Of a stretch of DNA of 64,000 nucleotides, positions 1 to 10,284 are shown piece after piece; position 1 is the stretch's first letter; the number at the start of each line of letters is the position of its first letter. The translations under genes were made by a program, and so were the position numbers. This DNA is from a bacterium (GTDB taxonomy: Bacteria; Armatimonadota; Zipacnadia; Zipacnadales; Zipacnadaceae): NCBI GenBank assembly GCA_030615605.1, contig JAUWYY010000006.1:11847-75846 (forward strand). Direction: 5' to 3'. The notes under the pieces were generated by a model that searched no databases, was not told where the DNA came from, and worked only from the letters and a program-made list of their open reading frames with translations.

Positions 1-60
1 CAGGGCGGATTGGTGGTTAGCATAACAGGCAGCGGGTCGTCCCCTGAGACTCAGGAGCCC

Positions 61-825
61 TCAGCCAAGCGCATTGCGCAGGTCTTGGGAAAGCGCCGCC
101 GAAGCCACCGATACGAGTGCCGTGTCGGTGGTCATAGCGATTAGACTGTAGCCGAGATCAGCTAACATCGCGGTGACGTGGGGATCTGTGCTGCCCCAGC
201 AGCTAGCTATTATACCTGCCGCCCGCGCCGCCTCGGCAGTCCGGGTCAGGTGTTCGGCAAGTATCGGCTCGGTAAGTGGAGTGTCAAGTGGGAGGCCCAG
301 AGACATGCGCAGGTCCAGGGGGCCAAGGAAGATCCCGTCCACCCCTGGTGTCTGCGCGATAGCTTCGACGTTGTCGGCGGCCTCTTCAGTCTCAATCTGG
401 ACGATCAGTAGGCCATCCTCAGTGCCAGTCTTCCGCTCTTGGCCGGGTATATCAAATATGCGGTGGCTGGCAAGCGAGCGGCTGCCCTGGGGCGGGAACT
501 TGCTGCGGTCTGCCACTTGGCGGGCCTGCTCAGCGGTATTGACCATGGGCACGATGATGCCCGTGCAGTCCATGTCCAGCACTGGTCCGATTGAGCCAAT
601 GGAGTGGTCGCGGACTCGCACCAGGCTGGGTGTGCGGACCGAATCGGCTGTGCGAACCGCGTGCAGCAACGCATCATAGCTGAGCTGGCCGTGTTGGCCA
701 TCAATAAAGAACCAGTCCCAGTGGCTGTGTATCTCTTCGAGTATCTCGGGTGCAGGCAGCTTCAAGCCAACCCCCAATTGCACATCGCCGGCAATAAGTG
801 CCTCAGTATCGAGAGGCCAGGCCAT
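61..825 (-). CDS. HpcH/HpaI (GarL/RhmA-like) class II aldolase family protein
   Basis: Motifs IDGQHG, VRV, LDMDCTGIIVPMV, VQIET, PGVDGIFLGPLDL; GGAGG RBS upstream. Confidence 0.9.
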   Translation of the reverse strand: MAWPLDTEALIAGDVQLGVGLKLPAPEILEEIHSHWDWFFIDGQHGQLSYDALLHAVRTADSVRTPSLVRVRDHSIGSIGPVLDMDCTGIIVPMVNTAEQARQVADRSKFPPQGSRSLASHRIFDIPGQERKTGTEDGLLIVQIETEEAADNVEAIAQTPGVDGIFLGPLDLRMSLGLPLDTPLTEPILAEHLTRTAEAARAAGIIASCWGSTDPHVTAMLADLGYSLIAMTTDTALVSVASAALSQDLRNALG

Positions 826-1188
826 TTTGTTACCTCCGTCGGTTAGATATTGGTTATCGGCAACTCATGATAGCCCACAGATGGCCATCAGTCAATGCAA
901 TGGAAATTGTTCTCCCGTCAGTGCGAGGCAATTATCGGCAGGAACTATCGCGAATCCAGCGAATATGTAGTAATGAGAGAAGTCTGGCCGACGTTGGCGG
1001 GCAGTAGCTTATCAGGCCAATCCCGCTGCCCGTCGCCAGAAGGCGATTCTGCTGGACGAGCTATGCTGCTGGGCTGCTGGATTGGGAGTCATTAGTCGCT
1101 GATTGGTCCCAGAAGCTTGAAGGTAAGTCCATGGTGCGCTGCGCGTGGCGGGTTGTCAAAATAGATCTGCAGATGCATGCCCAGACTC

Positions 1189-1217
1189 TTGACATCGCTG
1201 CGCAATACTGGTAAACT
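1189..1217 (+). promoter_or_regulatory. Sigma70-type promoter of the nuo operon
   Basis: TTGACA(1189-1194)-N17-TAAACT(1212-1217) with TG extended -10. Confidence 0.75.
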
Positions 1218-1391
1218 TAACTAGGCTGCTACGCAGTAGCCCCCCAACTGCTACTTTTGGCCCCTGCAATCGGCCAGGGGCCTTAGACTGTGAGTGGTTC
1301 CTAAGCGGGATGCCTGTCTTGCTCGGTAAAGGCACGAGGGCAGTCGCACCAGGCCGAATCTATGTCGTCTACAGCAAGGTCTCGATAGGTA

Positions 1392-1766
1392 ATGGCACTT
1401 GAATACGGACCAGTTGGCCTGTTTGTCCTTGGCGGTTTTGTCTTTGCTATCGTAGCTTTGGTTATTTCATATATTATTCGCCCCGCAGATACTTACGACC
1501 GTAAGCTTATCCCCTACGAGTGTGGGATTGTCCCCTCTACCGCTGCCTGGCACCGCGTGCGTATCGGCTACTATATCATCGCGTTGCTATTTCTGATCTT
1601 CGAGGTGGAAGCCGCATTCCTGTTTCCCTGGGCTACGGTTCTACGCAAATTGTCGGGCACGCCAGGCTGGGGCCTTCTGCCGCTGGCGGAGATGGGCATA
1701 TTTCTGGGGATTCTTCTGCTGGGCTTAATCTATGCCTGGCGCAAGGGTGATCTGCAGTGGAACTGA
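1392..1766 (+). CDS. nuoA: NADH-quinone oxidoreductase subunit A
   Basis: [33 protein letters not shown]; 3 TM segments. Confidence 0.97.
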   Translation: MALEYGPVGLFVLGGFVFAIVALVISYIIRPADTYDRKLIPYECGIVPSTAAWHRVRIGYYIIALLFLIFEVEAAFLFPWATVLRKLSGTPGWGLLPLAEMGIFLGILLLGLIYAWRKGDLQWN

Positions 1767-1768
1767 GT

Positions 1769-2332
1769 ATGCCGGACGAGCCAATTCGGCGCCTCGCCCG
1801 CAAGCATCGGGAAAGTCCGGCGGGGCAGTTGCTCATTAAGATAGTGGACAAAGTGCTGAATACGGGCCGAGCCTGTTCGGTATGGCCGTTGGGCTTTGGG
1901 TTGGCCTGCTGTGCGATTGAGATGATGGCCACCGCCGCCTCTCGCTACGACTTGGACCGCTTTGGGATGATCCTGCGCCCCTCGCCGCGCCAGGCCGACC
2001 TGATGATCGTGGCGGGCACGGTCACGATGAAGATGGCGCCGGTCCTCGAACGGCTCTACCACCAGATGCCCGAACCCAAATATGTGCTGGCGATGGGGAG
2101 CTGCGCAGTGAGCGGCGGGCGGTTCTATCGTGATGCATACAGCGTGGTCAACGGCGTTGATCGGATTCTGCCGGTGGACGTTTACATCCCGGGCTGCCCG
2201 CCGCGGCCCGAAGGCCTCATCAAAGGTCTGCTGGACATCCATGACATAATTCGCCGTGACTCTATCGCCGACGCTCCCTACATCGAAGGCCAGCGTCCGG
2301 AATATCGTCAGTACCCTCGTCTGGAAAAATGA
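1769..2332 (+). CDS. nuoB: NADH-quinone oxidoreductase subunit B
   Basis: [35 protein letters not shown]; ATG at 1769 just after the nuoA stop. Confidence 0.97.
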   Translation: MPDEPIRRLARKHRESPAGQLLIKIVDKVLNTGRACSVWPLGFGLACCAIEMMATAASRYDLDRFGMILRPSPRQADLMIVAGTVTMKMAPVLERLYHQMPEPKYVLAMGSCAVSGGRFYRDAYSVVNGVDRILPVDVYIPGCPPRPEGLIKGLLDIHDIIRRDSIADAPYIEGQRPEYRQYPRLEK

Positions 2333-2904
2333 CTGATTCTACCAACGACACCGGCCTGATCGCCGCGGCCGGTCAGGACAATTCGGATATTGCGGATAAC
2401 TTGCGCGAGCAGTTCGGCGAGCAGATTCACAATGCCGAGATTGAAGACGATACTTTGCAGGTGGAGGTAGCGGCTGAGATCATACTTGTGGTCTGCCGCC
2501 ACCTGTCCACTGAGATCGAGCGGCCTTATCCGTATCTGTCTGACGCCTTCGGCGTTGACTGCGGAGATCATCTGCAGGTGGTGTATCACCTGATCCGATC
2601 GGAAACGGCAGACGGTGCCTTTGTGCGCGTTAATCTGCCCCGTAACGAGGCCACCCTGCCTACACTTACCGCTTTGTATAACACTGCCAACTGGGCCGAG
2701 CGGGAGATTGCGGAGATGTTCGGCGTGACCTTTGCAGGCCATCCTGACCCTCGTCATTTGTTGTTGCCGGAAGGGTGGCAGGGCTATCCGCTGCGCAAAG
2801 ACTATCAGCGGCCCGACCATCCCTACCTGGCTTCTGAACCGCTGCACGAGGATCCCTCTGTTTTCCTGGCAAGCGGACCCCAGTTCGAAACGACCGAAGA
2901 ATGA
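2329..2904 (+). CDS. nuoC: NADH-quinone oxidoreductase subunit C
   Basis: [40 protein letters not shown]. Confidence 0.97.
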   Translation: MTDSTNDTGLIAAAGQDNSDIADNLREQFGEQIHNAEIEDDTLQVEVAAEIILVVCRHLSTEIERPYPYLSDAFGVDCGDHLQVVYHLIRSETADGAFVRVNLPRNEATLPTLTALYNTANWAEREIAEMFGVTFAGHPDPRHLLLPEGWQGYPLRKDYQRPDHPYLASEPLHEDPSVFLASGPQFETTEE

Positions 2905-4019
2905 GCGAGACCACGCAAGCGCCGCTGACAACTGAGGAGATTGTCGTCAACCTGGGGCCTCAGCATCCCAGTACTCACGGTGTAATGCATTTTGTCGTGA
3001 CTATTGACGGCGAAACGATACGTGAGTGTGTGCCCCATATCGGCTATCTGCATAGTTCACTGGAGAAAATCGCCGAGACGCTACGCTACGAGCAGTTCAT
3101 CACCAATACCGACCGCTTTGACTACCTCAACGGGCTGGGCAACGAACTGTGCTACGTCCAGGCGGTCGAGCGGCTACTGGGTATCGAGCCGCCGCCACGG
3201 ACGGTGTTCATCCGCACGCTGATGGCCGAGCTTAAGCGCATTTCGAGCCATCTGGTGTACCTGGGCTGCTACGGCAATGATATAGGCGCGATGACCGTAT
3301 TTCTACATGCCTTCCGCGAGCGCGAACCGCTCATGGATATGTTCGAGGCCGTGACCGGCGGGCGGCTGCTGTATAATTACTTGCGCATCGGGGGCCTGCG
3401 CAACGATCTGCCCACTGGCTTCACCGACCAGCTACACCGGTTCCTGGACTACTTACCGCGCCGTCTGGAAGAGATGAACGACCTGCTCACCAGTAATCGC
3501 ATCTTCATCGCGCGCACACGGGGCATCGGCATACTCACTGCCAGGCAGGCCCTAAGCTTTGGCGTCACCGGGCCGACGTTGCGCGGCTGCGGTGTGCCGT
3601 ACGATCTACGCAAGTTGCGCCCCTATGCCGCATACGACCAGGTCGAGTTTGATGTCCCGAGCTTTCCAGAGGGCGACTGTCTGGCCCGCCATCTAGTGCG
3701 TATGGAAGAGATGAACCAGAGCATGCGGATCATCCGGCAACTTATGGAGAAGATGCCCGAGGGTGAAATTCAGGCCGACGTGCCCCGGCGCATCAAGCCC
3801 GAAGCTGGGGAGGTTTACGAGCGGGTGGAGTCGCCCCGTGGGGAGTTGGGTTGTTATCTACTCAGCGACGGAGGAGCTAAGCCCTACCGAATGCACTGGC
3901 GCGGCCCGTCATTTTATAACCTCCAGGCGCTACCCGTGATGGTGCGCGGCGGCTTACTGGCGGACTTCATCGCCACGCTCGGCAGTCTGGATCCGATAGC
4001 TCCAGATATAGATCGATAG
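2901..4019 (+). CDS. nuoD: NADH-quinone oxidoreductase subunit D
   Basis: NLGPQHPSTHGV, IGYLH, RFDY, ESPRGE, C-terminal DIDR; no Ni-binding CxxC pairs. Confidence 0.97.
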   Translation: MSETTQAPLTTEEIVVNLGPQHPSTHGVMHFVVTIDGETIRECVPHIGYLHSSLEKIAETLRYEQFITNTDRFDYLNGLGNELCYVQAVERLLGIEPPPRTVFIRTLMAELKRISSHLVYLGCYGNDIGAMTVFLHAFREREPLMDMFEAVTGGRLLYNYLRIGGLRNDLPTGFTDQLHRFLDYLPRRLEEMNDLLTSNRIFIARTRGIGILTARQALSFGVTGPTLRGCGVPYDLRKLRPYAAYDQVEFDVPSFPEGDCLARHLVRMEEMNQSMRIIRQLMEKMPEGEIQADVPRRIKPEAGEVYERVESPRGELGCYLLSDGGAKPYRMHWRGPSFYNLQALPVMVRGGLLADFIATLGSLDPIAPDIDR

Positions 4020-4042
4020 GACGGGTGGGACGCCTGTCGTAG
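4020..4042. repeat. Degenerate REP-like palindrome between nuoD and nuoH
   Basis: GACGGGTG-GGA-CGCCTGTC-GTAG; resembles the element at 10285-10307. Confidence 0.45.
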
Positions 4043-4050
4043 CGAAGCAA

Positions 4051-5151
4051 ATGGCAAGCACACTGGTAAAGACAATTTTGGATGTGATCCACAACTGGGC
4101 AGAAGGCCTCGCCCAGCAGTGGGGTATTCCGCATCTGTTCGTGAGCATCGCGGCTTGGATAGCTGCGTTTGTCTTTGTGATCGTACTGGTCCTGCTCATG
4201 GTGCTGCTGGCGGTCTATCTGGAGCGGAAGGTCAGCGGCGCTATCCAGTCGCGGCTGGGGCCGATGCGAGTCGGGCCTATCGGCCTGTTTCAGACGCCGA
4301 TGGATGCACTGAAAATCTTAACCAAAGAAGACATCGTCCCGCGCGATGCCGACAAGATTCTGCACACCGCCGGCCCGGTTATATTCTTTGTCACCGCGGT
4401 CATTGGCTATGTCGTGATTCCCTGGGATCGGGCGGCGATTGCCGCGCAGGTAGTGGACCTGAACATCGGCGTGCTGTTTGTCATCGCCGTCTCCTCGATA
4501 GGTGTGTTAGGGATAATGGCCGGCGGCTGGGGCTCTAACAACAAGTATGCGCTGCTGGGGGCGATGCGGGCAGTGGCGCAGATGGTCAGCTACGAAGTGG
4601 CGCTGCTGCTGGCTATTGTCTGTGTGGTGATGCAGACTGGCTCGCTGTCGCTGGCGGGGATAACCGCCGACCAGGGCGGCTCGCTACTACAGTGGAATCT
4701 GCTGCGCTGGTGGATGTGGCCGGCGCTGCTGCTTTACATAATAGCCTCTATTGGCGAGTCCAAGCGCATCCCCTTTGACATCCCCGAGGCAGAGAGCGAA
4801 CTGGTCGCCGGTTATCATACTGAGTATTCGGGAATGAAATTCGGATTTTTCTTCCTGGGCGAGTATGCCCACCTGTTTATAATTGCTGTCACCGGTGCGA
4901 TTCTATTTCTGGGCGGATGGCACTCGCCACTGCCCGCGACGATGGCCGATCCTATCCCTGGTTTCATCTGGCTGATGGGCAAGGCGCTGGCTGTCATTCT
5001 TATAATGATGTGGATTCGTTGGACGCTGCCGCGCCTGCGGGTTGACCAGCTTATGAATTTCGCCTGGAAGGGCCTGGTGCCACTGGGCTTTGTTGCTATT
5101 GCGGTTACCGGGCTGGCTATCGGTCTGGGCCTCGCCGGTGGTGGTGGATAG
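4051..5151 (+). CDS. nuoH: NADH-quinone oxidoreductase subunit H
   Basis: ERKVSGAIQSRLGP, SNNKYALLGAMR, PFDIPEAESELVAGYHTEYSG, PRLRVDQ. Confidence 0.97.
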   Translation: MASTLVKTILDVIHNWAEGLAQQWGIPHLFVSIAAWIAAFVFVIVLVLLMVLLAVYLERKVSGAIQSRLGPMRVGPIGLFQTPMDALKILTKEDIVPRDADKILHTAGPVIFFVTAVIGYVVIPWDRAAIAAQVVDLNIGVLFVIAVSSIGVLGIMAGGWGSNNKYALLGAMRAVAQMVSYEVALLLAIVCVVMQTGSLSLAGITADQGGSLLQWNLLRWWMWPALLLYIIASIGESKRIPFDIPEAESELVAGYHTEYSGMKFGFFFLGEYAHLFIIAVTGAILFLGGWHSPLPATMADPIPGFIWLMGKALAVILIMMWIRWTLPRLRVDQLMNFAWKGLVPLGFVAIAVTGLAIGLGLAGGGG

Positions 5152-5154
5152 ACT

Positions 5155-5631
5155 ATGTGGGCGGCTATCTGTGACATCTGGCAGGGTGGCAAAAGCATTA
5201 TCATCGGGCATACCGTGACTTTCCGCAACTTCTGGCGGCCGAAGATCACCGACCGCTATCCGCACAGCAAGCCCGAAGAGAACTGGCAGCCAAAACCGGG
5301 CTATCGGGGCGGCTTCGCTCAACTGAAAAGTGACAAAGAAGATCGCGAGCTTCGGTGCATTGCCTGCAATCTGTGCGCGCAAGCCTGCCCCGTCGGCTGC
5401 ATTCACATTGAGGGCGAAGGCAAAGGCAAGGAGCGCCATCCGGTCGCATTCTACATAGATATGGGTCTGTGTGTCTTCTGCCATCAGTGTGTTGAGGCCT
5501 GCCCGGTGGATGCGCTGACCATGACCGAGGAGTACGAGATCTCCCGCACCAGCCGCGCCGGGCTAATCCGCGATTTGGATGAGCTAGTAGCCGCCGGCGA
5601 AGGGCGTCAGGAGGTCTCGCGGGTAGTATGA
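5155..5631 (+). CDS. nuoI: NADH-quinone oxidoreductase subunit I (2x[4Fe-4S])
   Basis: CIACNLCAQACP and CVFCHQCVEACP; operon position. Confidence 0.95.
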   Translation: MWAAICDIWQGGKSIIIGHTVTFRNFWRPKITDRYPHSKPEENWQPKPGYRGGFAQLKSDKEDRELRCIACNLCAQACPVGCIHIEGEGKGKERHPVAFYIDMGLCVFCHQCVEACPVDALTMTEEYEISRTSRAGLIRDLDELVAAGEGRQEVSRVV

Positions 5632-6155
5632 GTTGGGCCGACTGGTTTGACCAATTTGCTTTCTTCTTGGTGGGCGGGATCACTTTGGTCTCGGCTGCCG
5701 GGGTAGTATTTGTCCCCCGGATCATCCACGCCTGCCTGTGCCTGCTGGCAGCGCTGATCAGCATCGCCGGGCTGTATGGCCTGCTGGCGGCGCACTTGCT
5801 GGTGGCGATCCAGGTGCTGGTTTACGCCGGGGGCATCGCCGTTCTCATCCTGTTCGCCGTGATGTTGCTGCATCGCGGCGGCGAAGGCGGGTTACTGGGG
5901 GGTTCGCGCAACCTGCTCATCGGTCTGCCTGCAACCGTCATCGTCTGGTTCACCGTGGCGATTGCCGTCGTCTTCAGCAAGTGGCACTATCTGCCGGAAT
6001 TCCAGCCTTCGACAGCAGGCGCGAGCAGTGACGTCCAGGCCGTCGGGGAACTGCTGCTCAGCCGCCACCTGCTGGCCTTTGAACTAATATCGGTGATCAT
6101 GCTGATGGCGCTGGTCGGCGCAATAATACTGGCCCGGGAGGACCGCCCAGAATGA
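5628..6155 (+). CDS. nuoJ: NADH-quinone oxidoreductase subunit J
   Basis: QVLVYAGGIAVLILFAVML, FELISV. Confidence 0.95.
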   Translation: MSWADWFDQFAFFLVGGITLVSAAGVVFVPRIIHACLCLLAALISIAGLYGLLAAHLLVAIQVLVYAGGIAVLILFAVMLLHRGGEGGLLGGSRNLLIGLPATVIVWFTVAIAVVFSKWHYLPEFQPSTAGASSDVQAVGELLLSRHLLAFELISVIMLMALVGAIILAREDRPE

Positions 6156-6478
6156 TGCTCCCGCCGATTGGCCTGCTGCATTATCTGATATTGTCGTTGT
6201 GCCTGTTTTCCTTCGGGTTGCTGGCGGTTATCACCCGCCGACATGCCATCGGTATTCTCCTGGGCATTGAACTTATGCTTAATTCAGCGAACATTAACCT
6301 GGTGGCCTGCAATCATTTCCTGAATCCCGGTGGTGCTCTGCTGGACGGGCAGGTTTTCGTGCTAATGGTTATCGCACTGGCGGCGTGTGAGGCCGCCGTC
6401 GGATTGGCTATTATCCTGCGCTTCTATCGGCAGGCTGAGGCAGCCGACGTCGCCGACGCCCAGCTCCTGAAGTGGTAG
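6152..6478 (+). CDS. nuoK: NADH-quinone oxidoreductase subunit K
   Basis: IELMLN, AACEAAVGLA. Confidence 0.96.
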   Translation: MMLPPIGLLHYLILSLCLFSFGLLAVITRRHAIGILLGIELMLNSANINLVACNHFLNPGGALLDGQVFVLMVIALAACEAAVGLAIILRFYRQAEAADVADAQLLKW

Positions 6479-6501
6479 CCGAGACCGAAAGATAGACGAC
6501 T

Positions 6502-8568
6502 ATGTTAGAAATTGCCTGGCTGATACCAATCTTTTCGTTCCTGGCCTGTGCCGTGCTGATCTTCTTCGGCAGCGCGCTGCAGCGCCGCTGGGGCGAGGCT
6601 GTCGGTTGGATTGGCGTCGCGGGTGTCGCTGCGGGCATCCCGCTGGCGCTGGGCAGCCTGGTGGAGCTGGCGCTGGGCGCAGCGCCGGTGCAGTATTCGG
6701 TGCTGTGGGCGCCGCTGGGCGCGCGGATAGGTGGCGCTGAAGTCAATCTGCACTTTGGGCTGGCGGTTGACGCGCTGACCGCCGTGATGCTGGTAATGGT
6801 CACGATAGTGGCCACTTGCATAATGGTCTATTCCATTGGCTACATGCACGGTGATAAACGCTATAGCCGATTTTTTGCCTATATGTCTTTGTTCACTGGC
6901 TCGATGTTGCTGCTGCTGCTGGCCGGCAACTTCCTGGTGCTGTACATCGGCTGGGAGCTGGTAGGGTTGTGTTCGTACCTGCTCATCGGTTTCTGGTTTG
7001 AGCGCCCCTCGGCTGCCGATGCTGCCAAGAAGGCCTTCATAATGACGCGGGTGGCCGACCTGGGCTTCGCTCTGGGCATCCTGATGCTGTTTTTCTACGT
7101 GCCCAGCCTGAATTTCGCCGAGGTCTTTGCGGCTGCTTCGGGCGGGCTGATACCAGCCACCGTCGTGGGATTGGCGGCGGCTCTCCTGTTCCTCGGCGCA
7201 ATGGGCAAGAGTGCCCAGTTCCCCTTCCATACATGGCTGCCCGATGCGATGGAAGGTCCTACGCCGGTTAGTGCCCTGATTCATGCCGCCACTATGGTCG
7301 CTGCCGGGGTATACATGGTCGCGCGGCTGTTGCCCCTGTTTATTATCTCGTTTGGGAGCGTGGTTCTGTGGGGTGTGCCAGCGCTGACTATCGTCGGAAT
7401 AATTGGCCTGATAACTGCGCTGCTGGCCGCCACGCTGGGCCTGGTACAGAGCGATATCAAGCGGGTACTGGCCTACTCGACGATTTCCCAGCTTGGCTAT
7501 ATGATGGCGGTGCTGGGTATGGGCGCTATCGGCTTTGCCGCGGCGATCTTCCACCTCATCGTCCATGCCTTCTTCAAAGCTCTGCTGTTCATGTGTTCGG
7601 GCAGCGTCATTCACGGCTGTGGTGGCGAGCAGAATATGAAGAAGATGGGCGGGCTGGCCCGGCGCATGCCCGTCACCTACTACACAACCTGGATCGGCGC
7701 TTTGGCGCTGGCGGGAATCTTTCCGCTGGCGGGCTTTTGGAGCAAGGACCATCTTATGGCGGCTGTGTGGAGCCGCTCATCGAGTGAGCCGGTCTACTGG
7801 ATCTTTTTCCTGGGTCTGGAGCTGGCGGCGATAATGACGGCGGCGTATATCGGGCGTCTGTGCTTCTTGACCTTCGGGGGCACCCCCCGCAGCGAGGCAG
7901 CAGAGTACGCTCATGAAAGCCCCATGGTGATGACCGTGCCGCTGGCGGTTCTGGCTGGCTTTACGGTGATACTGGGCTTATTTGGCACACAGTTTGTTGG
8001 AGTCAATCTGTTCAATAGTGTGGTTAATGTTGATATGCCTGGAAGTATGGCGGCAGCTTCGCTGCACACCAGTGCCCACGGCGAGCACGGCTTCAACTGG
8101 ATAGTGGCGGGTATTTCAATGTTGATGGCAGTGACCGGCCTGCTGGTGGCAATAGTTGTCTACCGCTGGCAGTGGGTTGACACGCGCATCTTCAAGCGCT
8201 ACCTGGCTCCGTGGTATCAAGCGGCCATCAATCGCTACTATTTCGATGACATCTACCGCTACACGGTTGTCGGCGGCACGCTGGCGCTTGCCCAGGTCTG
8301 CCGCATTGTTGACACCTACATTATTGACAGGCTGGTCAACGCTATTGGCTGGGGCACGCGGGTGGTGTGGGCTACATCTATCCGCCTGTTCGACGACTTT
8401 GTGGTGGACGGCTTTATCAACGTAATGGCCTGGGGCACCGGGCTGGTTGGCCGGGTGACTGCCCGGGCAGTACACAACGGCCAGGTGCAGGAGTATATCG
8501 CCAGCTTTGCGGTAATCGCCGCAGGACTGGCCTGTGTCGTGTATGTCGTAGTAATGCTGGGCTGGTGA
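6502..8568 (+). CDS. nuoL: NADH-quinone oxidoreductase subunit L with an extended lateral helix
   Basis: WELVGLCSYLLIGFW, GKSAQFPFHTWLPDAMEGPTPVSALIHAATMV, HAFFKALLF, GFWSKD. Confidence 0.97.
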   Translation: MLEIAWLIPIFSFLACAVLIFFGSALQRRWGEAVGWIGVAGVAAGIPLALGSLVELALGAAPVQYSVLWAPLGARIGGAEVNLHFGLAVDALTAVMLVMVTIVATCIMVYSIGYMHGDKRYSRFFAYMSLFTGSMLLLLLAGNFLVLYIGWELVGLCSYLLIGFWFERPSAADAAKKAFIMTRVADLGFALGILMLFFYVPSLNFAEVFAAASGGLIPATVVGLAAALLFLGAMGKSAQFPFHTWLPDAMEGPTPVSALIHAATMVAAGVYMVARLLPLFIISFGSVVLWGVPALTIVGIIGLITALLAATLGLVQSDIKRVLAYSTISQLGYMMAVLGMGAIGFAAAIFHLIVHAFFKALLFMCSGSVIHGCGGEQNMKKMGGLARRMPVTYYTTWIGALALAGIFPLAGFWSKDHLMAAVWSRSSSEPVYWIFFLGLELAAIMTAAYIGRLCFLTFGGTPRSEAAEYAHESPMVMTVPLAVLAGFTVILGLFGTQFVGVNLFNSVVNVDMPGSMAAASLHTSAHGEHGFNWIVAGISMLMAVTGLLVAIVVYRWQWVDTRIFKRYLAPWYQAAINRYYFDDIYRYTVVGGTLALAQVCRIVDTYIIDRLVNAIGWGTRVVWATSIRLFDDFVVDGFINVMAWGTGLVGRVTARAVHNGQVQEYIASFAVIAAGLACVVYVVVMLGW

Positions 8569-8634
8569 CGAGTTGCCAGCGGGCTGCGACGGGAGAGTAC
8601 CTGTTTAGGGATACAAATGCACAGGCTCCAGCAA

Positions 8635-8663
8635 TTGACCTTATGTCACAACGAAGATAACTT
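8635..8663 (+). promoter_or_regulatory. Possible internal sigma70 promoter upstream of nuoM
   Basis: TTGACC(8635-8640)-N17-TAACTT(8658-8663) in an AT-richer 125-bp gap. Confidence 0.4.
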
Positions 8664-8693
8664 TTCGCACTTGTCAAAGGATGGATACTGCTG

Positions 8694-10250
8694 ATGCCTA
8701 TACTCAGTCTTCTTATCTTTATACCGCTCATCGGAGCAGCGGTCATCCTGTTTTTGAATACTGAGCGCCATCGCAAGGCGATCTGCTGGACAGCCACGGT
8801 CGCTGCTGCGGTAGCGTTTGTGCTGTCACTGGGCGTCTGGGTCAGATTTGTGCCCGGCCAGCCCGGTATGCAGTTTACCGAGCTGGCTGACTGGATTGAC
8901 GCGCTCAATATCCACTACCACCTGGGCATTGACGGGCTGAGTCTACCGCTGATCCTGCTGACCACGCTGCTATCGCTGCTGTCGGTGATATACTCCTGGC
9001 GCATCACCGATCGTATCAAGGAATATATGATCTTCTTCCTGCTGCTGGAGACGGGGATCCTGGGAGTCTTCTGCGCACTGGACTTCTTCCTGTTTTACAT
9101 ATTCTGGGAAGTGAGCCTGGTGCCGATGTTCTTCCTCATCGGCATCTGGGGCGGCCCCCGGCGGGCATATGCCGCCATCAAGTTCTTTATTTACACGTTG
9201 ATCGGCAGCCTGGCGATTCTGCTGGGAATCCTTGCCCTGTACTTTGCCTCCACGCCGCATACCTTTGATATGATTGAGTTGGCGCGGCAGCATCCGTTCG
9301 CGGGAGGGGGGATAGCGGCTGCCCTGGTCTTCTGGGGCTTCTTTCTGGGCTTTGCCATCAAGGTGCCGTTGTTTCCCTTCCATACGTGGTTGCCGGACGC
9401 TCACGTTGAAGCGCCCACCGCCGGCAGCGTCATCCTGGCCGGGGTTCTGCTGAAAATGGGCTGCTATGGCTTCATCCGGGTAAATCTGCCTATCCTGCCG
9501 GAGGCTTCCCGGCACTTTGCCCTCTGGATAGCGGTGCTGGCCCTCATCAGCATCATCTACGGCGCGCTGTGCGCCATGGCCCAAAAAGACCTCAAACGCA
9601 TGATCGCCTACTCCAGCGTCAACCATATGGGCTACGTAATGCTGGGTATAGCGGCGGCAGTGGCGTTTGTAGCGCCAGAGGCCGTCGGCCAGGCCGTGCA
9701 GCATAGCCGTATTGTGGCTCTGAACGGCGCGGTCCTGCAGATGGTGGCCCACGGGATTATTACGGGGGCGCTGTTCTTCCTGGTGGGGGTAATCTATGAG
9801 CGGACCCATCTGCGGGATATTGATGCCTTCGGTGGCCTGGCCAAGCAGATGCCAGTCTATGCCGGGATAATGATGCTGGCTTGCTTTGCCTCGCTGGGAC
9901 TGCCGGGATTGGCAGGATTTGCTGCTGAGTTTCTGGTTTTCCTCGGCTCGTACGGTATCTATAAGCTGATTACCGGGCTGGCGTTGCTCGGTATTGCCAT
10001 AACTGCGGCATATTTCTTGATGATGATCCAGGGGGTTTTCTTGGGCGAGTTGCGCGAGCGCTGGCAGAATCTGCGCGATCTGGATGCCGGTGAGCTGGTG
10101 GCTACCATCCCGCTGGCGGTGCTGATGCTGGCGATCGGGCTGTATCCAGACCTCATTTTGGCAGTGGTTGATCCGGCCAGCACCGCCCTGGTGACCAATT
10201 TGGAGCAGTTCTATCGGTTGAGTGATGTTATTGCTTCACTGGGGGGATAA
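8694..10250 (+). CDS. nuoM: NADH-quinone oxidoreductase subunit M
   Basis: FYIFWE, IKVPLFPFHTWLPDAHVEAPTAGSVILAGVLLKMG, YERTH, LGLPGLAGFAAEF. Confidence 0.97.
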   Translation: MPILSLLIFIPLIGAAVILFLNTERHRKAICWTATVAAAVAFVLSLGVWVRFVPGQPGMQFTELADWIDALNIHYHLGIDGLSLPLILLTTLLSLLSVIYSWRITDRIKEYMIFFLLLETGILGVFCALDFFLFYIFWEVSLVPMFFLIGIWGGPRRAYAAIKFFIYTLIGSLAILLGILALYFASTPHTFDMIELARQHPFAGGGIAAALVFWGFFLGFAIKVPLFPFHTWLPDAHVEAPTAGSVILAGVLLKMGCYGFIRVNLPILPEASRHFALWIAVLALISIIYGALCAMAQKDLKRMIAYSSVNHMGYVMLGIAAAVAFVAPEAVGQAVQHSRIVALNGAVLQMVAHGIITGALFFLVGVIYERTHLRDIDAFGGLAKQMPVYAGIMMLACFASLGLPGLAGFAAEFLVFLGSYGIYKLITGLALLGIAITAAYFLMMIQGVFLGELRERWQNLRDLDAGELVATIPLAVLMLAIGLYPDLILAVVDPASTALVTNLEQFYRLSDVIASLGG

Positions 10251-10284
10251 GCGAAAACGATAGAGGCTTGTTCATCTATTCTCT

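Noticed and set aside
1-23. Possible start of a minus-strand gene (MLTTNPP) at the window edge
   Set aside because: Only seven codons visible; cannot be supported
1769-4019. Group 4 [NiFe] hydrogenase interpretation of nuoBCD
   Set aside because: The large subunit lacks both CxxC Ni-binding motifs and ends in DIDR, as in NuoD
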